DNA of 64,000 nucleotides from Macrostomum lignano (Eukaryota): NCBI GenBank assembly GCA_002269645.1, contig NIVC01000807.1, positions 306,781 to 370,780 of the forward strand, read 5' to 3'. Shown piece by piece: positions 1 to 12,300 of this stretch (position 1 is its first letter; each line of letters starts with the position of its first letter). The notes under the pieces were generated by a model. It saw only the letters and a program-made list of their open reading frames with translations, ran no database searches and was not told where the DNA came from. The position numbers and the translations under genes were made by a program.

Positions 1-390
1 AAATAAAATATTTATGAAAGGTGGTTGTTATACCTTTTTTTGTGCTGTGTTTTGAAATTCATTTTCCAACTGATAGATTTGCATAGGATTCATTCGACCC
101 TCAGCCGATGGGAAGACATGCAGTCCATGCAGCCTAAAAAAGGTCTCCGTGACTCATCAGGCAGTGTCCAGACCTCTGTTTTGTCTGTTTTATGTACGCG
201 TCCGATATAACAGTGTACATACTCTGTGCATTGAGGCTTGGCCTTCCGTGAGCGTGAATCGGAGACCAATAGCCAGGGCTGAACCTGGGTGCCTATCTCG
301 CACCCTTTAATTGTCTTATTGAGCTTTATTAGCGTCTACTAAGTTAAGAGAAAAAACAAAAATGCTTGAAATTGACCTATCCTGACAGCC

Positions 391-3300
391 ATGTCAGTCA
401 GCACGGCAGCGGACGGCATTGACGACAGCCTGTACAGCAGGCAGCGTTACGTGATGGGCGACGCCGCCATGCAGCGCATGGCCGCCGCCCGAGTACTCGT
501 CTGCGGCTTGGACGGCCTCGGCGTTGAACTGGCTAAGAACCTGGCTCTGACCGGGGTGCGCCTGCTGGCTGTGCAGGACAGCCGCCTGTGCACCGCCGAG
601 GACCTCGGCGACCAGTTCTTCGTCACGGCTGACGACGTCGCTAACGGCGCCGCTCGAGACTCGGCCAGCTGTCCTCGCCTAGCCGAACTGAATCCCTACG
701 TTAGGATTGAACGGCATAGCGGCAATGTAGAGCTGCCAGATGAATCGCTTGGCTACATCGCCGAATTCGACTGCGTCGCCCTTGTTGGCGCCTCGGTCGA
801 TGCTCAGCGTCGGGTGTCTGCCGCCTGTCGGACAAAACGGATTCCGCTGGTCTGCGCCGCTGTGCACGGCTTATTTGGCTGCCTGTTCAACGACTTTGGC
901 GACGTCTTTCAAGTAGGCTTTGTTGGCAGTCTGAGTGCTTTGGTGTGATTCTGATAGATAGGAATTTTGAGGTCTTGGTGCATCTAATCTATGAGGTCTT
1001 GCACCTACATCCACTTTTTGGATGTTGTAACACCATTAAGATTAAGCCTTAAACTATGGGGTGTTTTTCGTAGTCTACCTTTTGTTATACTAATAGTTTA
1101 TGGGTGTGGCACCAAGTCTATGGTGTACTACACCTAGTCTATGGTGTACTACACCTAGTCTATGGTATACTACACCTAGTCTATGGGATACTACACCTAG
1201 TCTATGGGATACTACACCTAGTCTATGGGATACTACGCCTAGTCTATGGTGTACTACACCTAGTCTATGGGATACTACACCTAGTCTGGTGTACTACACC
1301 TAGTCTATGGGATACTACACCTAGTCTATGGGATACTAAACCTAGTCTATGTTATACTACACCTAGTCTATGGGATACTACACCTAGTCTATGGTGTACT
1401 ACACCTAGTCTATGGGATACTACACCTAGTCTATGGGATACTACACCTAGTCTATGGGATACTGCACATAGTCTATGGGATACTACACATAGTCTATGGG
1501 ATACTACACCTAGTTTAGGGTATACTGCATCTAATTGCACCTAGTCTGTTAATGCGGTACTACCCATCACGACCGAATTGTCATTGCTCACTCACTAAGC
1601 ACTTTATAACACTAATACTGCAGGTAAACGAGCCAGCCGCCGAGGAGCCGCGCGAAGAATTCGTAGCCTCAATCGACGCTGCCGCCGGCTGCGTGCGCAC
1701 GCTTGACGGCCGGCCACACCGGCTCTGCGTTGGAGATTTTGTCGCCTTCCGCGAGATCCGCGGCGCTAATCGGCTGAACTCCGGGCAGTGGCGCGTCACG
1801 GCGACGCCTGAACACGACGCTTTCTGTATCGAGGCTGAGCAGGCCGATCTAGCTGGCTACGAATGCGGCGGCAGCTTTGTACTGCGGGTGCAGCCGGTCC
1901 AGCTGCAGTTTCGCCCCTTAGAACACTTCCTAGATGGCGGGCCGGCCGCTGAGGGTAAGTGTAGATTCGAACAATTTGACCCGAAGCAAAGTGGGGTCGT
2001 GCACAGCCGCTGAAAATAAACTACTATAAACTTTACTAGCCTACTGTAGTTAGTAGCAAGTCGAGTATATGCAAAACGACTCTTACATTATCTCACCAAT
2101 TGCAGGCCTAAGCGAGGCGCTCGTAATGCCCGACCTAGGCAAGGATCGGGCGCCTCTGCGTCTTCACTGCCTTCATTTGGCCCTGCTGCGCCTTGGCTTC
2201 AACGCATCGGCCGAGGCGCTGGCCTCCGAGGCTCTGGCCTGTCTGCGCCAGGCGGACACGCCTACGCCAGAGGATGCCGAGTTTGTTCGCCGACTGGCCC
2301 GAGCTGCCGCGGCTGGCGGTCGGCTCCAGCCAATGTGCGCCCTGTTCGGCGGCCTGGCGGCCCAGGAGGTATTGAAGGCGCTCACCGCCAAGTTCACGCC
2401 GTTTCGCCAATGGCTCTACCTGGATGCTGTTGAATTGTTTGGCGACGACGCGGCATCGACTTTGCCAACTCTGACGGCCGGCGCGGAGCCGCGCTACCAC
2501 CGTCTGGCGGCCTGCATGGGCGCGGGGCCCGTAGAGCAAGCCCGACGCCTACGCCTATTCCTAGTTGGCTGCGGGGCTATCGGCTGCGAGCTGTTGAAAA
2601 ACTTTGCCCTGTGCGGCTTCTGCACAGCCGACGGAGGCCGCCTGACTGCTACTGACGACGACGTGATTGAGAAGTCGAATCTCAACCGGCAGTTCCTGTT
2701 CCGGCCCGGCCACATTCGCCAATCGAAGTCTCTGGTAGCGGCCGATGTTGCCAGGCGAATGAATCCGAGTCTAAGCGTCGAAGGCTTGCAGCTACGCGTC
2801 GGACGGGACACGGAGCGGACGGCTTTCACTGACGCGTTCATCTGCCGGCAGGACGCTTGCGTTAACGCGCTAGACAATGTGGCCGCTAGGCGCTACATGG
2901 ACCAGCGCTGCTTAGCCAATCAGCGGCCTCTGTTCGAGTCCGGCACAATGGGCGCCAGAGGTCACGTGCAAGTTATTCTTCCATTCATTAGCGAGTCCTA
3001 CGGTGCTCAGCAAGATCCAACAGAGGAAGAGCAGGTGCCCTATTGCACTCTAAAGACATTTCCCCAGCGTATTGAGCACTGCATCGAATGGGCCAGGGAC
3101 AAATTCGAGAGCAGCTTCGCCTGCAAGCCGGCCCTAGTTGCTAGGCTGCTAGACGCTAACGGCAATTCGCCGCGCAATATTGCCAAGCGCCTGGCCGCCG
3201 ACGAGCACGTACCCGACGCTGCCGACGCCTTCCGCTACCTGCGGCAGCGGCCAACCAGCTGGCCGGATTGTGTCCAACTGGCCGGCAAGAAGTTTGCCAA

Positions 3301-6300
3301 ATATTTCATCCATCGGGCTCTGCACATCCTGCGCGCCTTCCCGCCGGACACTCGCCTGCCAGACGGCACCCCGTTCTGGTCGCCGCCGAAGCGGCCGCCG
3401 CGTCCCGTAGCTTTGAACGCCAACGAGCCGCTGCACGTCAGCTGTTTGCTCAGCTTAGCCAGGCTCTATGCTGGTGCCTTCTGTGTACCAATACCAGCTG
3501 GCAGCGACTCGGCCGGGTTTGTTGCCGCCATGCTGCCTAGCATCACACTGCCAGAGTTTGTGCCCAGCACTAAACCAATTGAAACTGACGAGTCCAAGAG
3601 TCGGGCCGACGCTACGGCCGATTCTACAGCCGGTTCGAATGCCGACCCAGAGGCTGTGCTGGCACTGTTCTCTAGTCTGGCTGAGCCGCTCACCTGTCAG
3701 CCTGTTCAGTTTGATAAGGACAATGATAGCCATGTTGACGCTGTGGCCTCCCTGGCTAATCTGCGTGCCACCATGTACGGCCTGGATACTGTGGACCGGC
3801 TGCAGGTTGGATTCGCTGTCTCTTCTATTGCACTGGCTTCCACTCCAGTCATTCCTTTCCACTGGCGTCCACTCCAGTCATTCCTTTGCACTGGCTCTCC
3901 AGTCATTCCTTTGCACTGGCTCTCCAGTCATTCCTTTGCACTGGCTCTCCAGTCATTCATTTACACTGGCTTCCACTCCAGTCATTCATTTACACTGGCT
4001 TCCACTCCAGTCATTACTTTCCACTGGCTTCCACTCCAGTCATTCCTTTGCACTGGCTCTCCAGTCATTCCTTTGCACTGGCTCTCCAGTCATTCATTTA
4101 CACTACTAAGCAACGGCAGATGGCTCGATTTTGCGAAGGTCCGTCGGGCTGATGTCGGCCTCTAGCACCGCGGCAAGGTGCTCCCTCGGGGTGTACCACC
4201 TCCCCCGGGGTGTACCTCCAGCGGGGTGGGTGTCCAGCGAGTGTACCTCCAGCGGGGTGGGCCTCCCGCGAGTGTACATCCGGCCGGCTGGGCGTCCAGC
4301 GAGTGTACCTTCAGCGCATGGGCCTCCCTCGGGGTGTACATCCGGCGGGGGGATTCCCGCCCCTCCCACCAATGTCGTGTGCACGCGGTTAGTGTAGGAA
4401 GGAAACCCCCGATGCTGACGCAGCCCTGTACACTGAGCAACCGGCCCCCCATGCGGGGGACAGAGAGCAGCCCTGTAGCTGGGGACAGAGAGCAGCCCCT
4501 GTAGCAGGAGGGGTAGTGCGTGGAGAGCCGCCATCCCCCTGTAGCAGGGGACAGATAACAGGCGACCCCTGTAGCAGTATGAGGTGGGGTACAAAGAGAC
4601 ACGGGGTGCTGGGACAGAGAGTGCGTGGAGGCACCCTGCGCTGCCCCGGCATGTCGCAGCACGCGGCGTGGACAGAGAGGGAGTGTGAGTCACACGGAGG
4701 GACAGAGAGCTTCCCCAGGCCGGGGTGGTAGAGGGACAGACCGGCGGTGAGTGATAGAGAGCCCCCCCCCAGGCTGCAGAGGGACAGACAGGCCGCGAGC
4801 AACGTGTTAATGCAACCATAAATAGAAGCAGTGTACAAAACCCTCTGTATGGAGAACATGGAAGAGGGTATAACTGATAACCCCTATTTCAGCAACGAGA
4901 GCGTGCGCGCCAGATTACCCCTCATTGAAAGATTGTTATCAGACACTAGGAAAAGAATCGAGGGATTGACCGCAAAGGAGCGCTTAGAATTCACGTATCT
5001 AGCCCGGCTGGCATTCGTAACTGAAGTAAACATTGAGGAGAGAGAGGTGGCGTTGACTTGGGAGGAAGCAGAAGAAGCGATAAAAACCGGGTCCTGTATG
5101 GTCACAGCCAATCTATGGAGTGCGGCAATACACCTCAATGACACGAGGGGGTTAATTGACACAGAGTTTGTTAGACAAGTTCACACACGCGTGTGTAGAG
5201 GACTGCTCCCGAATGCAGGATCGTATAGAATTAAGCACGCCAAGCCAGCAGGCGCGAGTATGTATTACAGTGCCCCAGAAAATATTGAACGGCAGCTGGT
5301 AAAATTAACTAGAGACATAAAAGAGCCACAAATCTTGCGTGATGCAGTAGTGACAGGAGCATATTTCCTAGAAAAGTTTCTCACCATACACCCCTTTAGC
5401 GACGGCAATGGTAGAACTGCTAGGTTGTTATTATCAAAGTTGATCAACCGGATTCTGCCAGAACCCGTATCATTTGCGTATGCAAATAGAGACACATATC
5501 TCAACTGTCTTTACGAAGCGCGCAGCAGCAACCGGGGGCTCCTAGCGGCGTATTTACTTTTATCAATTGAGAGAACCGTTCTACAGTGGAGGGAATGGTT
5601 GGAAATCTGTTCAGACGGCAGCCTATAAATAAATAAAATTGGTATTTCTCAACAATATCGAAATGTACTGGCAATCGGAAATAGTGTACACCCACGTTGA
5701 CAACGCAGTGCTGGAAGTGGGATATTGGGACCCAAACAAGCCGCGTTTCCGCATCCACTGTCAAAACTGTAGCTGTCCAGGAGCCGTGTTTAGTCGAGCA
5801 CAATGGCATCGAATGAAATTTCTGGGCACTAGCTGCACAGATTACGATCTCGGAGGCGGCGCATCTATCAAAGTTATCGACGGGAAGCGCCTGTACGTAA
5901 AAGGAGACTGCGAATTTCACCTGTCAGACAAAATACTTTGTGCAGTTGAAAAGAATAGAGTCGACAATTTCTTCCACTATTTCTTTCTCGACGAATCTGA
6001 CGAGTCAGAGGAATGAGCTGGATTTCTCGAGACTACCCGCTTTTATCGAGCAAAGAAAGGGCAGAGTACGAGACCCTGAAAAAGTCCACAGACTGGTTAT
6101 GCATTTGTCACGGCAAACCAATTCCCGAACGATTAGTCACCTTTAATGTCGAGGTAGACGAAATTGGGCAAGGGCCTTACAGCACCCAAGAATATACAGA
6201 TGCCCGAATTGACTACTACTTTAGAGACAAGATGCATTTCAAAGCCAATCTTCAAAGAATGGAGCAGATAATTGCCCCAATATTACAAGAGGATCATCGT

Positions 6301-9300
6301 GAGAAAATACGGTACCGGAATCACCAGCCGATTGCTCCCTCGTGGACGGAACACCAAAGGATTTGGCGACCTAAACACAGTAGACCAGTGCTAGCGAAGT
6401 TGACTATCAACCCTCACTGCAGCTGCATTCACGACACGCCTCAAACCCCTCGACCAGAAGATCGAAACAAAAGGTTTATTTTTTCCGGATTTCCAACACC
6501 GGAAAGTGTCGTTAAAGAAGGACTATAACAAAAACGCCCAGCCACCCCACCCTCCGCGCCAAGGGTATATAAGGAGGCGCTCAGGAGCGAGACCCACTCT
6601 CAGCAGCAGCAGCAACATGGATACCGTTCAAGACTACAATAGTATTAGGATCGACCTATTCTCTCTCAAGTCGAGAGGTCCAAGCTACAACGGAACCGAG
6701 ACGTACGACATTGAGTACGACGAACAGGGCCCTCTCTATCTTGCCAATGCGACGCCCGTACTGATTGTCAAGGGTGTGAGAACCGACAATGAAGGCCGCG
6801 AATTCATCATTCTTTCCCAAAAGCACTTGGAGAGCTGCATACCAGAAGCGTTCAATTCCGTGTGTCACCAGCTCTCTATCCAAGGAATGGCGCTATTGGG
6901 GTACAACCCCACTTTTGGCTGCGACAGCGCTGCATTCGGATTGGCTCACGACTTTAAAATGTACGACAAGAGCGGCAAGTTGTGCACCGACTACAAGAAC
7001 AAGACGGGCTACTATAGAGTACTGTTCGCCCTAGACACGGCGGTGATTCACGACTCGGTTCTAACCGCGGTGCCGAAAATTCAACAACTGCAATTCATAG
7101 AAGCTCCCAAGCAGGCGTTTGACCGCTGCTACTGGATTCCACCGTTAAAAATCAAGGTAGGACGCAAGCGCGGAGCTGCTGGAGCTGAGCGGAAACAAAA
7201 GCAACCGAAAAAACCGCTTGCAGAACGTCGTGTGCGTAAACAGGGTGTTTTGCGCAAGGTGGAACCACCTACCGAACTTGGACTGGGCGCGCGCTAGAAC
7301 GTTTCATAGACCCCGGGCATTGTACAACCTGAGGATCGGAAAGTGTACAATAAACTTTTTCAAACGTTCATTATCTGCCATTGTTTTTGGTTGCCAATCA
7401 ACCAACGATGTGCTGCGTCTTTTTGCTCAATGTAAACCAAACTCTGTTGTTATCACTACCGGTACTTATCGTGCAGAAGTTAATGTTAAGCCAAACTTTT
7501 TCCGCCTTGCCAACTCGAGCTCGCGCTGGGTTGAGTGGGAGAGTGAGGTATTCAATGGGCTTGTAATAAAGTCCCCATTCCGCAAGGCCAAGTGCCTGCT
7601 GTGCGGAAAGAATGGTCGGTTAGTGTTCCTAGGAATACGAAACTATGACGAACTGTGTAAAATGTACGACCACGTGACTGCTATTCTGCAACTCTAATTA
7701 TGCTTTGCTTATAAATAAACAAAATATGCACATGTATGCACGCAATGCTTACCACCTTAATAATGACAAACGGAATTTCTCGTCTTTGTTCTTGCCGTCG
7801 CGAGCTAGAGGAGCTCGGTGACGCGCGACCACATCGAAGGAGGGCCATTATTAGGGGAGCCGATAATGAGTTGATGCAGTGTCTGTGCGAGTTAAGCCAC
7901 AATGTACTCAAGGGCAATATCGATCTATCCCCTAGACAGTTTGCAAGGTTGAAACGTTATAGAGAAGCCCTGCATGACATGGCCGACAAAAAACTGTCTA
8001 TAAATAGGAAGAAGAATATGATACTATCGGACCCTCAAGTTGGAGGATTCCTACCAATTCTCGCCAAGATTGCTGCACCGTTAATCACTGGACTGTTTGG
8101 TGGTCTGCTAGGACAACGACGTTGAAAATGGACAAGTACGTTGTGGTCCCCGAGGAGGAATTCAATCAGCTTAGACAGGGTACTCCGCGAGAAATTGCCC
8201 CAAAATCGGAGTACGAAAAACTTGTAGAGTACAATGCAAAGCTACAGACCCAATTGGCTAAAGTAAAACCCCAAAAGACGACAAAGCAGCTATTTTCTGA
8301 TAGGCAACAACGTATATGGAATATACTAACAGAAAAGCACCCCAGCCTAAATTACAACCAATCGTGGGAAGTCGTTTTTGATGGTGAAACTTGGGGTGGC
8401 AGCAACGTTTTTGATCTTCTACAAGCCGTCACCACCAACACTAATAATCACCCGAAATATTCAACCGCTTTCTGGGCTCTGCTAGACAAGGCCCGTATAC
8501 CAATGTCTATGCTCGGTCGGAAACAGCTCCCTGTGGAGGAAAAGAAGGTTGACCATATGGTTGGTACCGACGATTACCGCGATGAATATGAGCACACAAT
8601 TGCGACAGACACCCGCGATTTAACGACCACGCGCAACAAAGGTGTAAATGCTATGCCCAAACTTGTCGATCGAGGTACCGGGGTGGGTAAATATCACGAT
8701 TACCAACTAAGACCACCCGAGAAAAAGAAAAAATACGTGACTCTTTATAAATAGAACCCTAGTCCAAACATAACCGCGCGCCGGCGGTCATGGGCGCAGC
8801 AGCAGCCGCGTCAAAGCTTTGTGTAGACAACTCCCCAGCCGACATTACGTGCAACTATTCATGCTGTGCATCCACACTTGTTGTCAATGAGGGCTCTAAC
8901 CGCTCTTCGTCGAGTTTACGAACAAGGAGCCGCCGCTTTTTCAAATGCTGCCCGTGTCTATCAGGAGGCCAAACGTCTGGCGCCAAACCTGACAAGACGC
9001 CAAACCAGGGAATGGCTAGAAACCCAACCGAGTTACACCCGTCACCGGAGAGTCAACAGGACATTTAAAACGGGAAAAGTAATGTCGGGAGGATTCATGG
9101 AAACTCTACAAGCCGATTTGATGGACATGTCGCGATACAAACGTTGGAATGACGGACATAAATATATACTAGTTATTATTGATGTGCTTAGTAAGCAGGC
9201 TTTTTGTAGGGCAATTAAACTAAAGAGTGATACCCCCGCAGCGTTTGAGTCAATGTTGGCGAATGATTTCCCTGCCCGCCCCCTTTACCTTCACGTGGAT

Positions 9301-12300
9301 CGGGGTACCGAGTTTTATAATCAGCGAATGCGCCGCATACTAAAAGACAATAATGTTAAAATGTACAGCACCAACTCTGTGTACAAGGCAAACATGGCCG
9401 AGAGGCTGATTAGAACTCTTCGAAAGCGTCTGGCTCGCTACTTTGAGCACAACAACACGTGGCGTTGGGTTGACTACTTACCTAATTTGATAGGCAATTA
9501 CAACAACACGACGCATTCTACTATTGAGATGAAACCGTCAAGTGTAGGGTTCCACAATCAGAAGCGTGTGTGGGAAAAGCTCTACCCGGATCAGCAAAAA
9601 GACGACCCCGTATATAAAAAGGGGGATTTTGTGAGAATTTCGAAATCTCGCAGGGCATTCGACAAGGAGGCATACGACATGTATAGTGAGGAGGTGTACA
9701 TTATATCCAAAGTTTGCCCTGGACCCCCACATTTTTATCGTATTTCTGATTTGTCTGGTGAAGTGATTGAGGGACGGTTTTACTACAATGAACTGTCCAA
9801 ATCTACCCGACCCGAGCGTTTTGTAATCAATAAAGTTTTGCGTAGAAACGTGTTAATAAATGGTGTTGCGCACCATTACGTTAGCTGGCGCGGTTATCCC
9901 GACACTTTTAATTCATTTGTACCTGTAAATGAAGTTATAAATATACGTCAACGTAATAATAACTAATGCGTGGCTACCATGCATCTCTTTCTGCCTAGCA
10001 ATGCGTGCCCCGAGCACTATCCCGAAAATAATCCGGCTCATTATTTTATTAATTTACCGGACACTCTCCACTTTCCGAATCATGAGGTTTGCCTCGAACG
10101 GATCTACTTTACCAAAGAATTTGAATCTTTCAAAAAATCTATACCGATCACCATTCGCGAACAGGAGGGCCTCTTGACGGCTTCGTCGTTTGCAAGCCTT
10201 TGTCTCGCAGCGGGTCTGAAAACCCCTGAAGAATGTATTTCCGGCTTTCTAAACGGTATCCGATACGTTGAAGGGGATAATAAGAAAATTGTCTTTTTAA
10301 GAACATCCCCAACCGCCTTTATGATTGTGAATACTTCAAAATCCACCGTCGGCATCAAATTCCCGGATGCCCTACCCAAGGTGTTTAAACTAGTCGCCGG
10401 CTTCGAGTCTAATGAGGATCTACCTACTGAACTCGTATTACACGCGGGGTGTGCAGCCTCCATCACCGCAGTTGTTGAGGAACCGACTGTACAGTCAATG
10501 GACCACGCTCCAATAATAAGACAAGTTACTAGCGCAGCGTCTGATCAAATCTATTTTATGCAGAGTGGATACTATAGTACACCTAAAAGATTGGTGGAGG
10601 AACTCAACGATTTAATTTGGAAACGGATCAAAGATCTCATAGCGGCTCCAGCACCTAGAAAGGACTTTTTCGGATACAGCGAAGTTACGAATAGGTGTTA
10701 TTACATCGGCTCGGTGGATTACATGTTTGGGTTGGGGCGCTTGACCAGCGTGCTTGGTTTCCCAGAGCATGATTATACAACCCCATTTTTCGGTATATCG
10801 GATTTCTACGCAAACGCATCAATGGAATTAACCGGTGGAATACAAACAATGTACATCTATTCGAGCATAGTCGATTCTGTTATTGTAGGAGACGTTAAAG
10901 TTCCTCTGTTGGGAGCTATACCGATGGATCCCAAAGTTCAGGGCGGTCGCGAGTACTACGAGTTTGTCAATCCGGCATATCTACCGCTGGTTAAGCACCC
11001 ATTCAAAACTATTGAAGTACAAATTAACGATGATATGGGCAGGGATATGACAAAAGTAATGAGGGGCAAGACCGTCTTGAGCGTTAACATCCGCGAAAAG
11101 AAGCTATAAATAAACAGCACAGCCTCAGTAAACTATATCCTAGTGCTTAATCATGCCTTCTATTCTGATTGGTGGAGCTTTGCCTGTTTTCGCGGGCGCC
11201 CAGAGGGGCAACGGTTTGTTTGGAAGCATTGCCCGCTTCGCGCTGCCAATTCTAAAGAGTTTTGGTAAAAACGTTCTCCGTCATGGTACTAGAGCCCTAG
11301 CAACTACTGTTAACGATAGCCTCGAGCAAGGAGGCAATTTGAAGGAGTCTGTCCTGCGCAATTCTGTTCAGGCTGCCAAGGACGCCTTTAAAGACACGGT
11401 TACCCAAAGGGGTAGCGGACGAAGAAGAAAAAAGGCTCCGAAGCGTCTCAATTCAGACATTTTCAGCACTATAAATAAAAAGCCCCGCTTCAATTAGATT
11501 CGCCGAATCGAGTCTGTCTACTAAACATGTCCGAGTGTCTGTGTACAAAGTCCGAGTTTGAGCTCTTTGCCCCTCGAGCCCACCAGATTGCCGCTGTAGG
11601 TTCAACTACTGAAGAAATCCACCCGGTTGCCAGCGTCGAAAATGCGAGTGTGGTTGAGTTTAGAATTGTGGGCGGCGAGACGTTTGTCGATCTTAATGAC
11701 ATTGATCTCGAGATTAAAGGTTGTATTAAAAGAGCTAATGGAGCCGATTTGGCGGCGGATTCAAACGTGGCGCCAATCAATTACCTCTTGGAGACCATGT
11801 TCAAAAACGTGTCTCTTTCCATAAATGGTACACATATCGAGTCTAGCAACAACAACCACGCCTACAAGGCGTACATTCGTACATGCTTGAGTTATGGGTC
11901 TGATTCAAAGTCTAACCAACTGCGGATGATGGGCTACGCTAAAGACGCTGGGGGTCAAATGGCTGCGGTTGGAAATCCTGGCTTTGTAACTCGCAAGGCG
12001 ATGGCTGCCGGTTCTCGAACATTTCACCTGTATGGCCCTCTTAGTCTCGACTTTTTTGTCACCAACGATCGTATGCTGCTACCCTACACTGATATGGTGG
12101 TTACGCTCACTCTGCAAAATTCGGGATTCGTTGTAGAGAATCACGCCGAAGGGGTTGATGCAAAGTTGGTTCTTCAAAGTGCAAAATTACACGTTCGTCG
12201 GGTAAAGGCTAACCCCCAACTGGCCTTGGAGATTGAAGAACAGCTGGCGACTCAGAATGCAGTCTACCCCATCGAGCGCCTCGTTGTACACAACACCTCT

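Noticed and set aside
2069-4165. 698-aa ORF as a complete protein
   Set aside because: It is UBA6 exon 3 read through into the intron minisatellite and TIR.
4106-4859. ORFs inside the TIRs (and mirrored at 13898..14613)
   Set aside because: GC-rich repeats lacking stops; they open differently in the two TIRs because of indels.
6508-6528. SVVKEG at the end of ORF 6013..6528 as a Fic antitoxin (S/T)xxxE(G/N) motif
   Set aside because: The motif is short enough to occur by chance in a protein this size and there is no other support.
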